Source of the DNA: Vicinamibacteria bacterium | Lineage (GTDB): Bacteria; Acidobacteriota; Vicinamibacteria; Marinacidobacterales; Marinacidobacteraceae | Length of the DNA stretch: 64,000 nucleotides | Direction: 5' to 3' | Assembly (NCBI GenBank): GCA_965199715.1 | Contig: CBDATA010000001.1 | Span: 128,001-192,000 of the forward strand | Shown: positions 36,735 through 44,977 of the stretch, piece by piece | Numbering within the stretch: the first letter of the stretch is position 1 | How the letters are laid out: each line of letters starts with the position of its first letter | Made by a program: the position numbers and the translations under genes | Notes under the pieces: model-generated | Database searches by the model: none | What the model was told of the DNA's origin: nothing | Seen by the model: the letters and a program-made list of their open reading frames with translations, nothing else

Positions 36735-38889
36735 TCGACAAACGCGACGCAGTCGCACGGCCTCCGCATTGGGGCTGAGCCTGGCGCTGACCCTCTCCGC
36801 AAACGCCGTCCCCGGCGGATGGAATCCACCGGACCTGCCCGAGGCGGTGGCGAGTTTCGGAGCCGTCAGCGTGGGTGGTGCGCTGTACGTCTATGGCGGC
36901 CATGTCGGACGCGTGCACGCCCACTCGATCGAGAACATCAGCCCGGCGTTCCGGCGGCTCGCCCTCCGGGACGGCGCGGAGTGGGAGGAGCTGGCGCGGG
37001 GTCCACGGCTGCAGGGAGCGATCCTCGTCTCGGACGGCGAATCGGTGTACCGCGTCGGGGGGTTTGCCGCCGAGAACGCGACTGCCGAGGAGACCGAGGT
37101 TCTCCACTCCAGCGCGTCGTTCGCCCGATACGTAGCGGACGAGGATCGTTGGGAGCCGCTGCCCGACCTTCCCGCCGGCCGTTCGTCGCACGACGCCGTC
37201 GTGCACGACCGCGTGCTCTACGTAGTAGGCGGCTGGACGATGCGGGGCCCCGACGAGGACTCGGTGTGGGCCGACTCCGTGCTCGCGCTCGACCTCGACG
37301 GGGGCGACGACTGGCGGACGATCCCCGCCCCGTTCCGCCGACGGGCGCTCGCCGCCGGGGCCCGGGACGGCCGGCTGTATGCGCTCGGGGGTCTGGCGGA
37401 CGGCGGTTCGGTCTCGGCGGTGGACGTGCTGGACCTCGCGAGCGGCGAGTGGTCGGAGGGACCGAAACTCCCTCCCGGCCCGATGCGCGGCTTCGGAGCC
37501 GCCGCCGCGAGCCACCGGGATCAGCTCTTCGTGACTCAGACGAGCGGCAAGGCGCATCGCCTCAGCGATGACGGAAGCAGGTGGGAGCCGGTCGCCGAGC
37601 TGGACCCGCCCCGCATGATGCCCCGGCTGGTGGCGGTCGGGAATCGGCTCTTCGCGATCGGCGGCGCGAACAGAGACGGCCACCTGAAGTCGATCGAGAG
37701 CCTGGATATTCCCTCGAACGAGCCCGAGTGGACCGGATTTCGGGGCGGCGGCGAACCCGGCGTCAGCCGCGCAGCGCGGCTCCCGCTCGAATGGTCCGAC
37801 GACACCGCGGCGTGGCGGGCGAGGACGACCGGGTTCGGCCAGTCCAGCCCGGTCGTCGCTGGCGGCGCGATCTTCCTCACCTCGCTGGAAGGCGCCTTGA
37901 AGGAGACCAACTACGTGACCGCGCTCGATCTGGACGACGGCTCGGAGCGATGGCGGCGGACCTTCGGGGCGTCCGAGGAATTCGAGTGGAACGACTACGT
38001 GTCCAAGGCCGCCCCCACGCCGGCGGTCGATGAGGAGCGGCTCTACGCCCTTTTCGACAGCGGCGATCTCCTCGCGCTCACCCATGACGGCGAGACCGTC
38101 TGGAACCGCAACCTCAGCGCGGAGTTCGGGAGTTTCGGCGGCAACCACGGGGTCGGCGGTTCGGTGCTCCGAACCCCGGACGCCGTGGTCGTGCTGCTGT
38201 TGCGGAGGACGTACTCCTATCTGTTGGCCGTGGATCCGGCCACCGGTGAGACGCTCTGGAAGACGGATCGCGAGCCGGGCGTCGGCTGGAGCACGCCGGT
38301 GCCGACGCCCGACCGCAACGAGATCGTGGTGAGTGCATCCGGGCGCGTCGAGGGATTCGATGCGGGAAGCGGGGAGAGGCGCTGGTCGTACGCAGGCTTC
38401 AGCGGCAACAACGTGCCTTCTCCCACGGTCACGGACGATCTCGTGCTCATCGCCGGGCTCGAAGTGGAAGCGAACTTCGCGATCCGTCGCGGGGCGGAGG
38501 GAACGCTCGACGAGACCGTCGTGGCGTGGGCGGCAGGCTCGGCGTCGAACTTCGGATCGCCGCTCGTGTACGGCGAGTGCGCGTACTGGGTGAATCAGGC
38601 CGGCGCGGCCCGCTGCCTCGACTTGGAGTCAGGGGACGTACGGTGGACCCACCGGCTGCCGGCTTCGACGTGGGCGTCGCCGCTCGGGTTCGCCGACCGG
38701 GTGTACTTCTTCGGAGAAGACGGAGTCACGCAGGTGTTGCGGGCCTCCGGCGACGAGCCCGAGGTGCTGGCGACGAACTCCCTCACGGTGGACGCGCCGG
38801 TGACCGGATACGCGGCGGTGAACGACGCGATCGTCATCCGGGCGGGCCACGACGTGATCCGCGTGGGGCGAACCCCGGAAAGCCGCTGA
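36709..38889 (+). CDS. Secreted Kelch-repeat + PQQ-like (BamB-type) beta-propeller fusion
   Basis: Kelch repeats (LYVYGG, VYRVGG, LYVVGG, LYALGG, LFAIGG), then WTGFRG..LPLEW, GQSSPVV, ATGETLWK and WASPL. Confidence 0.82.
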   Translation: MQNETGFHDRQTRRSRTASALGLSLALTLSANAVPGGWNPPDLPEAVASFGAVSVGGALYVYGGHVGRVHAHSIENISPAFRRLALRDGAEWEELARGPRLQGAILVSDGESVYRVGGFAAENATAEETEVLHSSASFARYVADEDRWEPLPDLPAGRSSHDAVVHDRVLYVVGGWTMRGPDEDSVWADSVLALDLDGGDDWRTIPAPFRRRALAAGARDGRLYALGGLADGGSVSAVDVLDLASGEWSEGPKLPPGPMRGFGAAAASHRDQLFVTQTSGKAHRLSDDGSRWEPVAELDPPRMMPRLVAVGNRLFAIGGANRDGHLKSIESLDIPSNEPEWTGFRGGGEPGVSRAARLPLEWSDDTAAWRARTTGFGQSSPVVAGGAIFLTSLEGALKETNYVTALDLDDGSERWRRTFGASEEFEWNDYVSKAAPTPAVDEERLYALFDSGDLLALTHDGETVWNRNLSAEFGSFGGNHGVGGSVLRTPDAVVVLLLRRTYSYLLAVDPATGETLWKTDREPGVGWSTPVPTPDRNEIVVSASGRVEGFDAGSGERRWSYAGFSGNNVPSPTVTDDLVLIAGLEVEANFAIRRGAEGTLDETVVAWAAGSASNFGSPLVYGECAYWVNQAGAARCLDLESGDVRWTHRLPASTWASPLGFADRVYFFGEDGVTQVLRASGDEPEVLATNSLTVDAPVTGYAAVNDAIVIRAGHDVIRVGRTPESR

Positions 38890-38918
38890 GCCGATGGCGG
38901 CGCCGTCGGATCGGGGCG

Positions 38919-39167
38919 CTACCGTTGCGGGAACAGGTACTTGGCGACGATGGCGAAGAGCCCGATGACGGAAACCGTCGAAGAGCCGATCCACACGCTG
39001 AGGACGGTGTTGGGCAGTTCGAAGGGCAAGGGCTGGATCCCGTGCGCGACAACGACCGCAACTACGACCCCGAGCCACGCGGAAATCAGCCGGAAAAGCC
39101 GCCAAGCGTAGGCTTTCCGCTCCTCTCGATCCTGCTCGAGAGTGCGGATTTCCTCGCGCCGAAATGC
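38919..39167 (-). pseudogene. Headless fragment of a two-TM membrane protein
   Basis: Not in ORF track (no nearby start). Reads AFRREEIRTLEQDREERKAYAWRLFRLISAWLGVVVAVVVAHGIQPLPFELPNTVLSVWIGSSTVSVIGLFAIVAKYLFPQR*. Confidence 0.65.
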
Positions 39168-39174
39168 TCCCCGC

Positions 39175-39729
39175 TCAGTCGCGGCGGTACACGCTCCGGA
39201 TGTTGATGGTCTGGCCCCGGGGCGGGTCGATCTCGGTCCGGATCACCAGCGCGTCCTCGCTCGCCTGAATCGTGCGGAAGATTTTCAGATCTCCCATCGG
39301 GGACTCGCGCTTCTCGGTGACGCTGAGGATTCCGCCGGCGATCTCCGCTTCGGTGCGGATGGAGTTGCCGCGCCGGTCCTGCCGGAGGTGCTCCTCACCG
39401 TCAAGGTAGAGGATCTGGAGGTCCTCGCCCGCATGGATGCGGACCTCTCGCGCCTCCACTTCGATCTCAAGCGACTCCGGCTGGGAGGCCATTCCGGCCG
39501 GGCCGCCGGGGCCGCCACCGCCCCCGCGTCGCCCGGCCCGGCCGCCGAAGCCACCGCCCGCTCGGCGGCCGCGACCGCCCCGCTCCTCGGCGCGGCGCAT
39601 GGCCTCTTCCATGATCTTGCTGACGTCGTCGCTCTCCTCGGCGTCAAGCGACCACGTTCCGGCGAGGCCCCCGGACTGGGCCGCCGGGGCGAGCAGAATC
39701 AGGGTGAGGAGCGAAGCGAGCGTGGGCAT
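39175..39729 (-). CDS. Secreted hypothetical protein with Gly/Arg-rich insert (lipocalin-like GTW motif)
   Basis: Signal peptide, LAGTWSLDAEESD, GGRGRRAGGGFGG, C-terminal VYRR. Confidence 0.7.
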   Translation of the reverse strand: MPTLASLLTLILLAPAAQSGGLAGTWSLDAEESDDVSKIMEEAMRRAEERGGRGRRAGGGFGGRAGRRGGGGGPGGPAGMASQPESLEIEVEAREVRIHAGEDLQILYLDGEEHLRQDRRGNSIRTEAEIAGGILSVTEKRESPMGDLKIFRTIQASEDALVIRTEIDPPRGQTINIRSVYRRD

Positions 39730-39733
39730 GGGA

Positions 39734-42700
39734 TCAGAAGGGCCAGCCAAGCCAGAAGTCGAACCTCCAGCCGGGAATCGAGGTCGCGAAGTCGGTCCGC
39801 CGCGACCACGAGGCGTTCAGCGGAAGGCCGAGGAAGTACACGCGGGCGTTGATGCCGTACGCGGCCACGAAGTCGTCAAGGCCGAATCCCTCGGAAATGC
39901 AGACCGCCACGTTGCGCGGCCCGCAGAGCTGGCCGAGGCGCGACTCCCGCCGGTCGCTCGAAAAAAGCGAGAGCGGCTCGCCCGCGTACGCCGCGCCCCC
40001 GGCGTCCACGAACACGCTGCCCCGGATCGGCCCGATGAGCCCGAGCGGCGTGATCGCGGCGTCCACGATGGGGAAGCGGAACTCCACCGTCGCGTGCCCG
40101 CCGCGGTTGCCCGAGAAGGAGTAGAGGTCGTAGCCCCGAAGCTCGCCATTGCCGCCGAACCAGAAGAAGCCGGGGGCCTCGCCGAGGCTGTGGAACCAGC
40201 GCAGCCGCGCCGCGAGCACGCTCGCGGAAGTCACCTGAATGTACTTGCGGGCGTCGAGGTTGAAGGTCGTGCGCGAGAGGAACGGACCGCCCGGAGACCA
40301 CTCGATTCCGGCGTAGATGGTGCTGCCGGCCTGAGGAAACACCGCCGGCCCGAGCGCCCGGAAGCGCGTCGTCTCCTGAACGAACGCCGCCTTGAGCGGG
40401 ATCAGGTGGCCGCTCGGGAAGATGCGCCCGTAGAAATCGTCGTACTGGTCGATGAACTGCTGGGGAAACAGCGGATCCTCGCCGGGCCGGAGATGGACGT
40501 TCTCGAAGCCGGACCGCTGGTAGTCGTACCCCGCGCCCAGCTCGAGCCGCTGGAACCGGCTGAGCGGGTAGAGCGCCCGCGCCGACGCGCCGGTGGAGCG
40601 GATGGTCCCGATGCTGTCGGCGCGGGACCAGATGTTCGAGATGTAGTACGGCAGCAGCGGGTAGAAGAACGAGGTCTGGTCGTGCGCCTCCACGGCGTAC
40701 TGGAGGCGTCCCGCGAGGTTCGCGTACTGGACGTTGTAGATCCGGAAGTTGCGGACCGAGTAGGCGGTGAACGAGATGCGGTCGTCGCCGAGCACGTCCG
40801 AGAGCGAGAGCGAGGTGCCGCCGATGAAGTCGCCGTCGCTCGTGAACCCGGCGGTGATCGGCGGCGGACCGTCAAGGAAGAGCTTCTCGAACCGGGTCTT
40901 GTTCCGCTTGTTCTCGCTGATGATCTGATGATCGACGACCGGCACGAAGTCGATGACCGGCCCCGGAGTCCGGGCGATCATGTCCGCCGGAATCTCCTTG
41001 ACCGGCTCGTCCATCTGCAGCGTGTGGAGGCCCCAATTCCCCTTGTAGTAGCTGGTGAAGAGCAGCGTCTCCGCCCCGGTCTCCGGGTCGATGATCACGC
41101 TCGGCGAGAAGTTCCCGCCGAGCACGTCGGTGTACTGGAGGATGTCGCCGGTCTCGGTGTCCAGCACCCGGATGTTGAAGATGTCGTCGTCCTCGTTGGA
41201 CGAGTACACGAGGTCCCGTCCGTTCGGCGCGAAGATCGGGGCTACGTCGTGGAAGGTGCCGAAGGTGACCTGCTCCTTCTCGCGATCGGAGATCCGCAGC
41301 CGGTAGAGCTTGTCGTAGCCGCTGATCCGGCGGCTGTAGTAGAGCCACTCCCCGTCGGGGCTCACCGTCGGGAACTTGTCGTGGAAGTCGTCGTCGGTGA
41401 GGTTCTCGATGGCCTCGGTGCGGATGTTGATCCGGTAGATGTCCCCGACTCCGCTCCGAAGCGCGGAGAAATAGACCCACTCGCCGTTCGGTCCGACGTG
41501 GGGGAAGGTGGCCCGATCCAGCGGCATCTCGATGCGCCGCACGATCCTTGACTCGACCACGTCGGCGAACAGCAACGCCCTGCGCTTCTTGTACTTGCCG
41601 AAGAACGCGACTTCCGCGCCGTCGGGCGTCCAGCTCAGGTTGCGGCCGATGAGCTGGTCCTCGCCGGTGAGGCCCACGACGTTGATGAACTCGCCGGCGT
41701 ACCCCGGGGTGAGGTTGCGGATCACCGACCCGTCGCGGGCGGAAAGCAGCACCACGTCGTACTCGGACTCCCGCCGATTGCCGCTGAGCGCCGCGATCAG
41801 CTCGCCCGAAGGGGAGTGCGCCGCCGAGATCGCCCCGATGTAGCGGCCCTCGTTCGGCGAGATGTCGAGGCTGTAGTCCTCGGGGATCTCCTTGTCCCGG
41901 AACGGCTTGAACCGTTCCTTGATCCAGCGCCGGTACTCCCGGTAGAACTCCTCGGGAGCCATCCGGAACGCCTGCTCGTACACCTCCTCGCTGACCCCGC
42001 CGGTGACCGCCCGCCGCAGCGAGAAGACGAATTGGCGAACCCCCTCCTCGCCGAAGCGCTCCTCCATGAAGTTGAAGATGGAAGCGCCGAACGAGTACGG
42101 ATTCCGGCTGAACCGCGCGTTCAGCTCCTGGAACGTGGGAATCTGGTCCGCCACCGCGGCGTCCCGCACGGTCATCAGGTCGAGCGGGTCCCACTCGTCC
42201 TCCATGTAGGTCGCGAGGCCCTCGTCGATCCACAGCGGCACGACCTGCCGGAACAGCGAGCGCGGAATGATGTCGAACTCGAAGATGTGGGTGAGCTCGT
42301 GCAGGAAGAGCTCCTGAAGTTCGTCCGGCGGGTTGTCGATGGGGATCACCATCCGGTCCCGGGTGGACTCGGCGAACGCGCCGACCCCCTCGGGAATCTC
42401 GGAGGGAGACAGGTTGGTCTGGGCGAATTCGGAGAACGTCCGGTAGAGGATCAGCGGGATCGAGAACGGGATCTCGTGCTTGAGCCGGTCCGAGATCGTG
42501 TCGTACGCGCTCTCGGCGTAACTCACGAGCCTCCCCAGCTCCTCCTCCATCTCGGGGTAGTAATAGACGTCGAAGTGGGGCGACCGGTACACCTGCCACT
42601 CGTGCTTGTCGTACTTGACCTTGTTCTTGCCGTAGAACGGGATGAAGTACTGCGCGGTCGCCGGGGCCGCGAGCGACACGGCCGCGGCGAGGGCCAGCGC

Positions 42701-42736
42701 GAGACGCGCCCGGTTCTGGATTCGACTGTTTCTCAC
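39734..42736 (-). CDS. Zn-peptidase (HEXXH) + TolB/PD40 propeller + Omp85/BamA-type barrel fusion
   Basis: YGKNKVKY, FLHELTH, WIDEGLA; SPDG/TPDG repeats; ELRGY, EFRFP, FVDAGG; C-terminal FWLGWPF. Confidence 0.85.
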   Translation of the reverse strand: MRNSRIQNRARLALALAAAVSLAAPATAQYFIPFYGKNKVKYDKHEWQVYRSPHFDVYYYPEMEEELGRLVSYAESAYDTISDRLKHEIPFSIPLILYRTFSEFAQTNLSPSEIPEGVGAFAESTRDRMVIPIDNPPDELQELFLHELTHIFEFDIIPRSLFRQVVPLWIDEGLATYMEDEWDPLDLMTVRDAAVADQIPTFQELNARFSRNPYSFGASIFNFMEERFGEEGVRQFVFSLRRAVTGGVSEEVYEQAFRMAPEEFYREYRRWIKERFKPFRDKEIPEDYSLDISPNEGRYIGAISAAHSPSGELIAALSGNRRESEYDVVLLSARDGSVIRNLTPGYAGEFINVVGLTGEDQLIGRNLSWTPDGAEVAFFGKYKKRRALLFADVVESRIVRRIEMPLDRATFPHVGPNGEWVYFSALRSGVGDIYRINIRTEAIENLTDDDFHDKFPTVSPDGEWLYYSRRISGYDKLYRLRISDREKEQVTFGTFHDVAPIFAPNGRDLVYSSNEDDDIFNIRVLDTETGDILQYTDVLGGNFSPSVIIDPETGAETLLFTSYYKGNWGLHTLQMDEPVKEIPADMIARTPGPVIDFVPVVDHQIISENKRNKTRFEKLFLDGPPPITAGFTSDGDFIGGTSLSLSDVLGDDRISFTAYSVRNFRIYNVQYANLAGRLQYAVEAHDQTSFFYPLLPYYISNIWSRADSIGTIRSTGASARALYPLSRFQRLELGAGYDYQRSGFENVHLRPGEDPLFPQQFIDQYDDFYGRIFPSGHLIPLKAAFVQETTRFRALGPAVFPQAGSTIYAGIEWSPGGPFLSRTTFNLDARKYIQVTSASVLAARLRWFHSLGEAPGFFWFGGNGELRGYDLYSFSGNRGGHATVEFRFPIVDAAITPLGLIGPIRGSVFVDAGGAAYAGEPLSLFSSDRRESRLGQLCGPRNVAVCISEGFGLDDFVAAYGINARVYFLGLPLNASWSRRTDFATSIPGWRFDFWLGWPF

Positions 42737-42752
42737 AGGCCTCCCCCTGGCT

Positions 42753-43541
42753 TCAGCGAAGCAGGAAGCGCGTGCCCCGGAAGGTCTGGGGCGAGACGAT
42801 GCTCAGGAAGTTGGGCAGGATCCGATCCATGAGCTCGAAGTACGAGGAAAGCGCCGAGCTCTCCTCGTCCCGCCCGAAGATCACTTCCTCGGTGAACCGC
42901 TCCCGGTGGACGGTGCGCCCGCTGGCGCCGTCGATGAAATGGAACTCGGCGGTGAAGGTGTAGGCGTTGCGCTCCTGGAACTGGCTGCTGCGGACGAGCC
43001 GCTGCCGGTTGAAGGAGTCGCGCACGTAGCGATCCCGGCGGGAGAAGCCGGAGCGCTCCTCGGCGCGGAAGCGCAGGCGCCCGCTCACGATCAACGGCTC
43101 CTGGAACTCCTCGCCGAGCAGGCGCCAGTACTCCTGGTCCTCCAGCAGCTTGTCCTGCTCCAGGTCGATCCACTCCTGCCGCGAGATCTCGTCGCCGACG
43201 GCGACCGCGTCGTCGGCGAGCTCGGCGAACGTGGACTCGAGCCCGCTCTCTTCGAGCGCCTGGTCGGAAAAGTCCCCGAGCGGCTCGATCTCGGCGTCGA
43301 TCACCTGCAGCCGCGAGTTCACCCGCAACTGGTTGCGCAGCAGGCGCGAGGTCTCCTGATCGAGATCCAGCGACTCGTTGGTCTGGGTCACGAAGCTGCC
43401 CACGAGCACCCGGCTGTACCCGGAAAGGTCCAGCTTGGCGTCGATGGGGATCTCGACCGGAACCTCGATCCAGGGACCGACGGCGCAGCCGGACAGCGAC
43501 GCCGCCATGACGGCCGCCCCGAGGCGGCGCGGAAGGCTCAT
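42753..43541 (-). CDS. Hypothetical lipoprotein
   Basis: Lipobox LSGC after a basic/hydrophobic N-terminus; acidic globular body. Confidence 0.72.
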   Translation of the reverse strand: MSLPRRLGAAVMAASLSGCAVGPWIEVPVEIPIDAKLDLSGYSRVLVGSFVTQTNESLDLDQETSRLLRNQLRVNSRLQVIDAEIEPLGDFSDQALEESGLESTFAELADDAVAVGDEISRQEWIDLEQDKLLEDQEYWRLLGEEFQEPLIVSGRLRFRAEERSGFSRRDRYVRDSFNRQRLVRSSQFQERNAYTFTAEFHFIDGASGRTVHRERFTEEVIFGRDEESSALSSYFELMDRILPNFLSIVSPQTFRGTRFLLR

Positions 43542-43939
43542 CGATTCGCGGCCCGGGCGGCGTCCCGATCGCGGCGCTGCTTGCGTTCGTACGCCTCGCG
43601 GAACAACTCGTAGTTCTGCCGGATCTGGTCGTTGGACGGCAGCAGCTCGAGCGCCCGCTCGTAGGCGTCGAGCGCCTCCTCGAACTTGCCGACGCGCTCG
43701 TAAGCCACACCGAGGTTGTTGAACGCCTTAGGGTTGCGCGGATCGAGCTCGACCGCCTTCTCCCAGCGATAGATCGCTTCCCGCCAGAGACCGCGCCCCG
43801 CGACGTCGACGCCGAAGCGGTTCTCGCGGACCGCGCGCTCCTCTTGCTGCGCCCCGGCCGAGGCGGCCAGCGCGAGCGCGGCCAGCGCGAAGAACGCAAC
43901 TCGGCGCGGCTTTGCGTCGCGGAAGCGGTGATTGCCCAT
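43538..43939 (-). CDS. Secreted tetratricopeptide repeat protein
   Basis: Signal peptide; GLWREAIYRWEKAVELDP..AFNNLGVAYE..G.FEEA..AYERAL. Confidence 0.85.
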   Translation of the reverse strand: MGNHRFRDAKPRRVAFFALAALALAASAGAQQEERAVRENRFGVDVAGRGLWREAIYRWEKAVELDPRNPKAFNNLGVAYERVGKFEEALDAYERALELLPSNDQIRQNYELFREAYERKQRRDRDAARAANR

Positions 43940-44076
43940 GGCGTCCCCCCAAGCAATGGCCGGGCCAGTTCCCCAGCCCTTCCGATAGTAGCGTCTCCGG
44001 CGCGTCGTCCCTGTTTTCCCCGAATACGCCCCGAATTCGCGTCCCCGTGCACGGTTTCTCGATTCCGGACGTGTTG

Positions 44077-44949
44077 ATGGATATGCGCGTTTTTCGGAAC
44101 TCGGCGGAGAGCCTGCCGCCCCGCGACCTCGTGACCATGCTCGCGCTCGGGATCGAGCCGCCGCCGCTTCCGCTGTTCCGGCGTCTGTTCGAGGGCGGAA
44201 GCGCGACCGAAGCGCTGAGGCGGCTGCGGGCTTCGGGCTGGGCGCCCGGCGCCCGAGCGGTGCGCCGGGCCGAGTTCTGGGTGCGGGACGCCCGGGATGC
44301 CGGGCGCCGCCTTCTGATCTGGGGCGCCGCCGGGTACCCGCCGCGGCTCGCCGAAATCGGCTCGCCTCCGGTCGCGCTCGACGTGGCCGGCCCGGCGGAC
44401 CTCGGCGCACCGTCGGTCGCGATCGTCGGTTCGCGGCGCGCCACCGATTCCGGCCTTGGGACCGCCCGCGCGTTCGGCGCCGGGCTCGCCGGAGCGGGTC
44501 TCGCCGTCGTGAGCGGCCTCGCCCGGGGAATCGACGCGGCGGCGCACCGGGGAGCGCTCGACGCGGACGGAGTCACGCTCGCGGTGCTCGGGGCGGGGCA
44601 CGACCGGCTCTACCCTCCCGAACACGCCCCGCTCGCGCGGCGGATCGCGGCCCGGGGAGCCGTGATCACCGAGTTCCCGCCCGGAACGGTCCCGCTGCCC
44701 CGGCACTTTCCCCGCCGCAACCGGATCGTCGCCGGGCTCACGCTCGGCGCGCTGGTGGTCGAGGCGGCGGAGCGCAGCGGCTCGCTCTCGACCGCGCGGC
44801 AGGCCGCCGACAACGACCGCGAGGTGTTCGCGATCCCCGGTCCGCTCGGCTCCGAAGCCAGCCGCGGCTGCCACGCCCTGATCCGCTCCGGGGCGTGCCT
44901 CGTGACCTCGGTGGACGACGTGCTCGAGGAATTGCCGCCATTAGACTGA
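44077..44949 (+). CDS. dprA: DNA-processing protein DprA (Smf)
   Basis: YPPRLAEI, AIVGSR, VSGLARGIDAAAH, FPRRNRI, VVEAAERSGSL.TA and GCHALIRSGA motifs. Confidence 0.93.
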   Translation: MDMRVFRNSAESLPPRDLVTMLALGIEPPPLPLFRRLFEGGSATEALRRLRASGWAPGARAVRRAEFWVRDARDAGRRLLIWGAAGYPPRLAEIGSPPVALDVAGPADLGAPSVAIVGSRRATDSGLGTARAFGAGLAGAGLAVVSGLARGIDAAAHRGALDADGVTLAVLGAGHDRLYPPEHAPLARRIAARGAVITEFPPGTVPLPRHFPRRNRIVAGLTLGALVVEAAERSGSLSTARQAADNDREVFAIPGPLGSEASRGCHALIRSGACLVTSVDDVLEELPPLD

Positions 44950-44977
44950 CCCCGAGGAACCCCTGAAGAAGAAGGAC

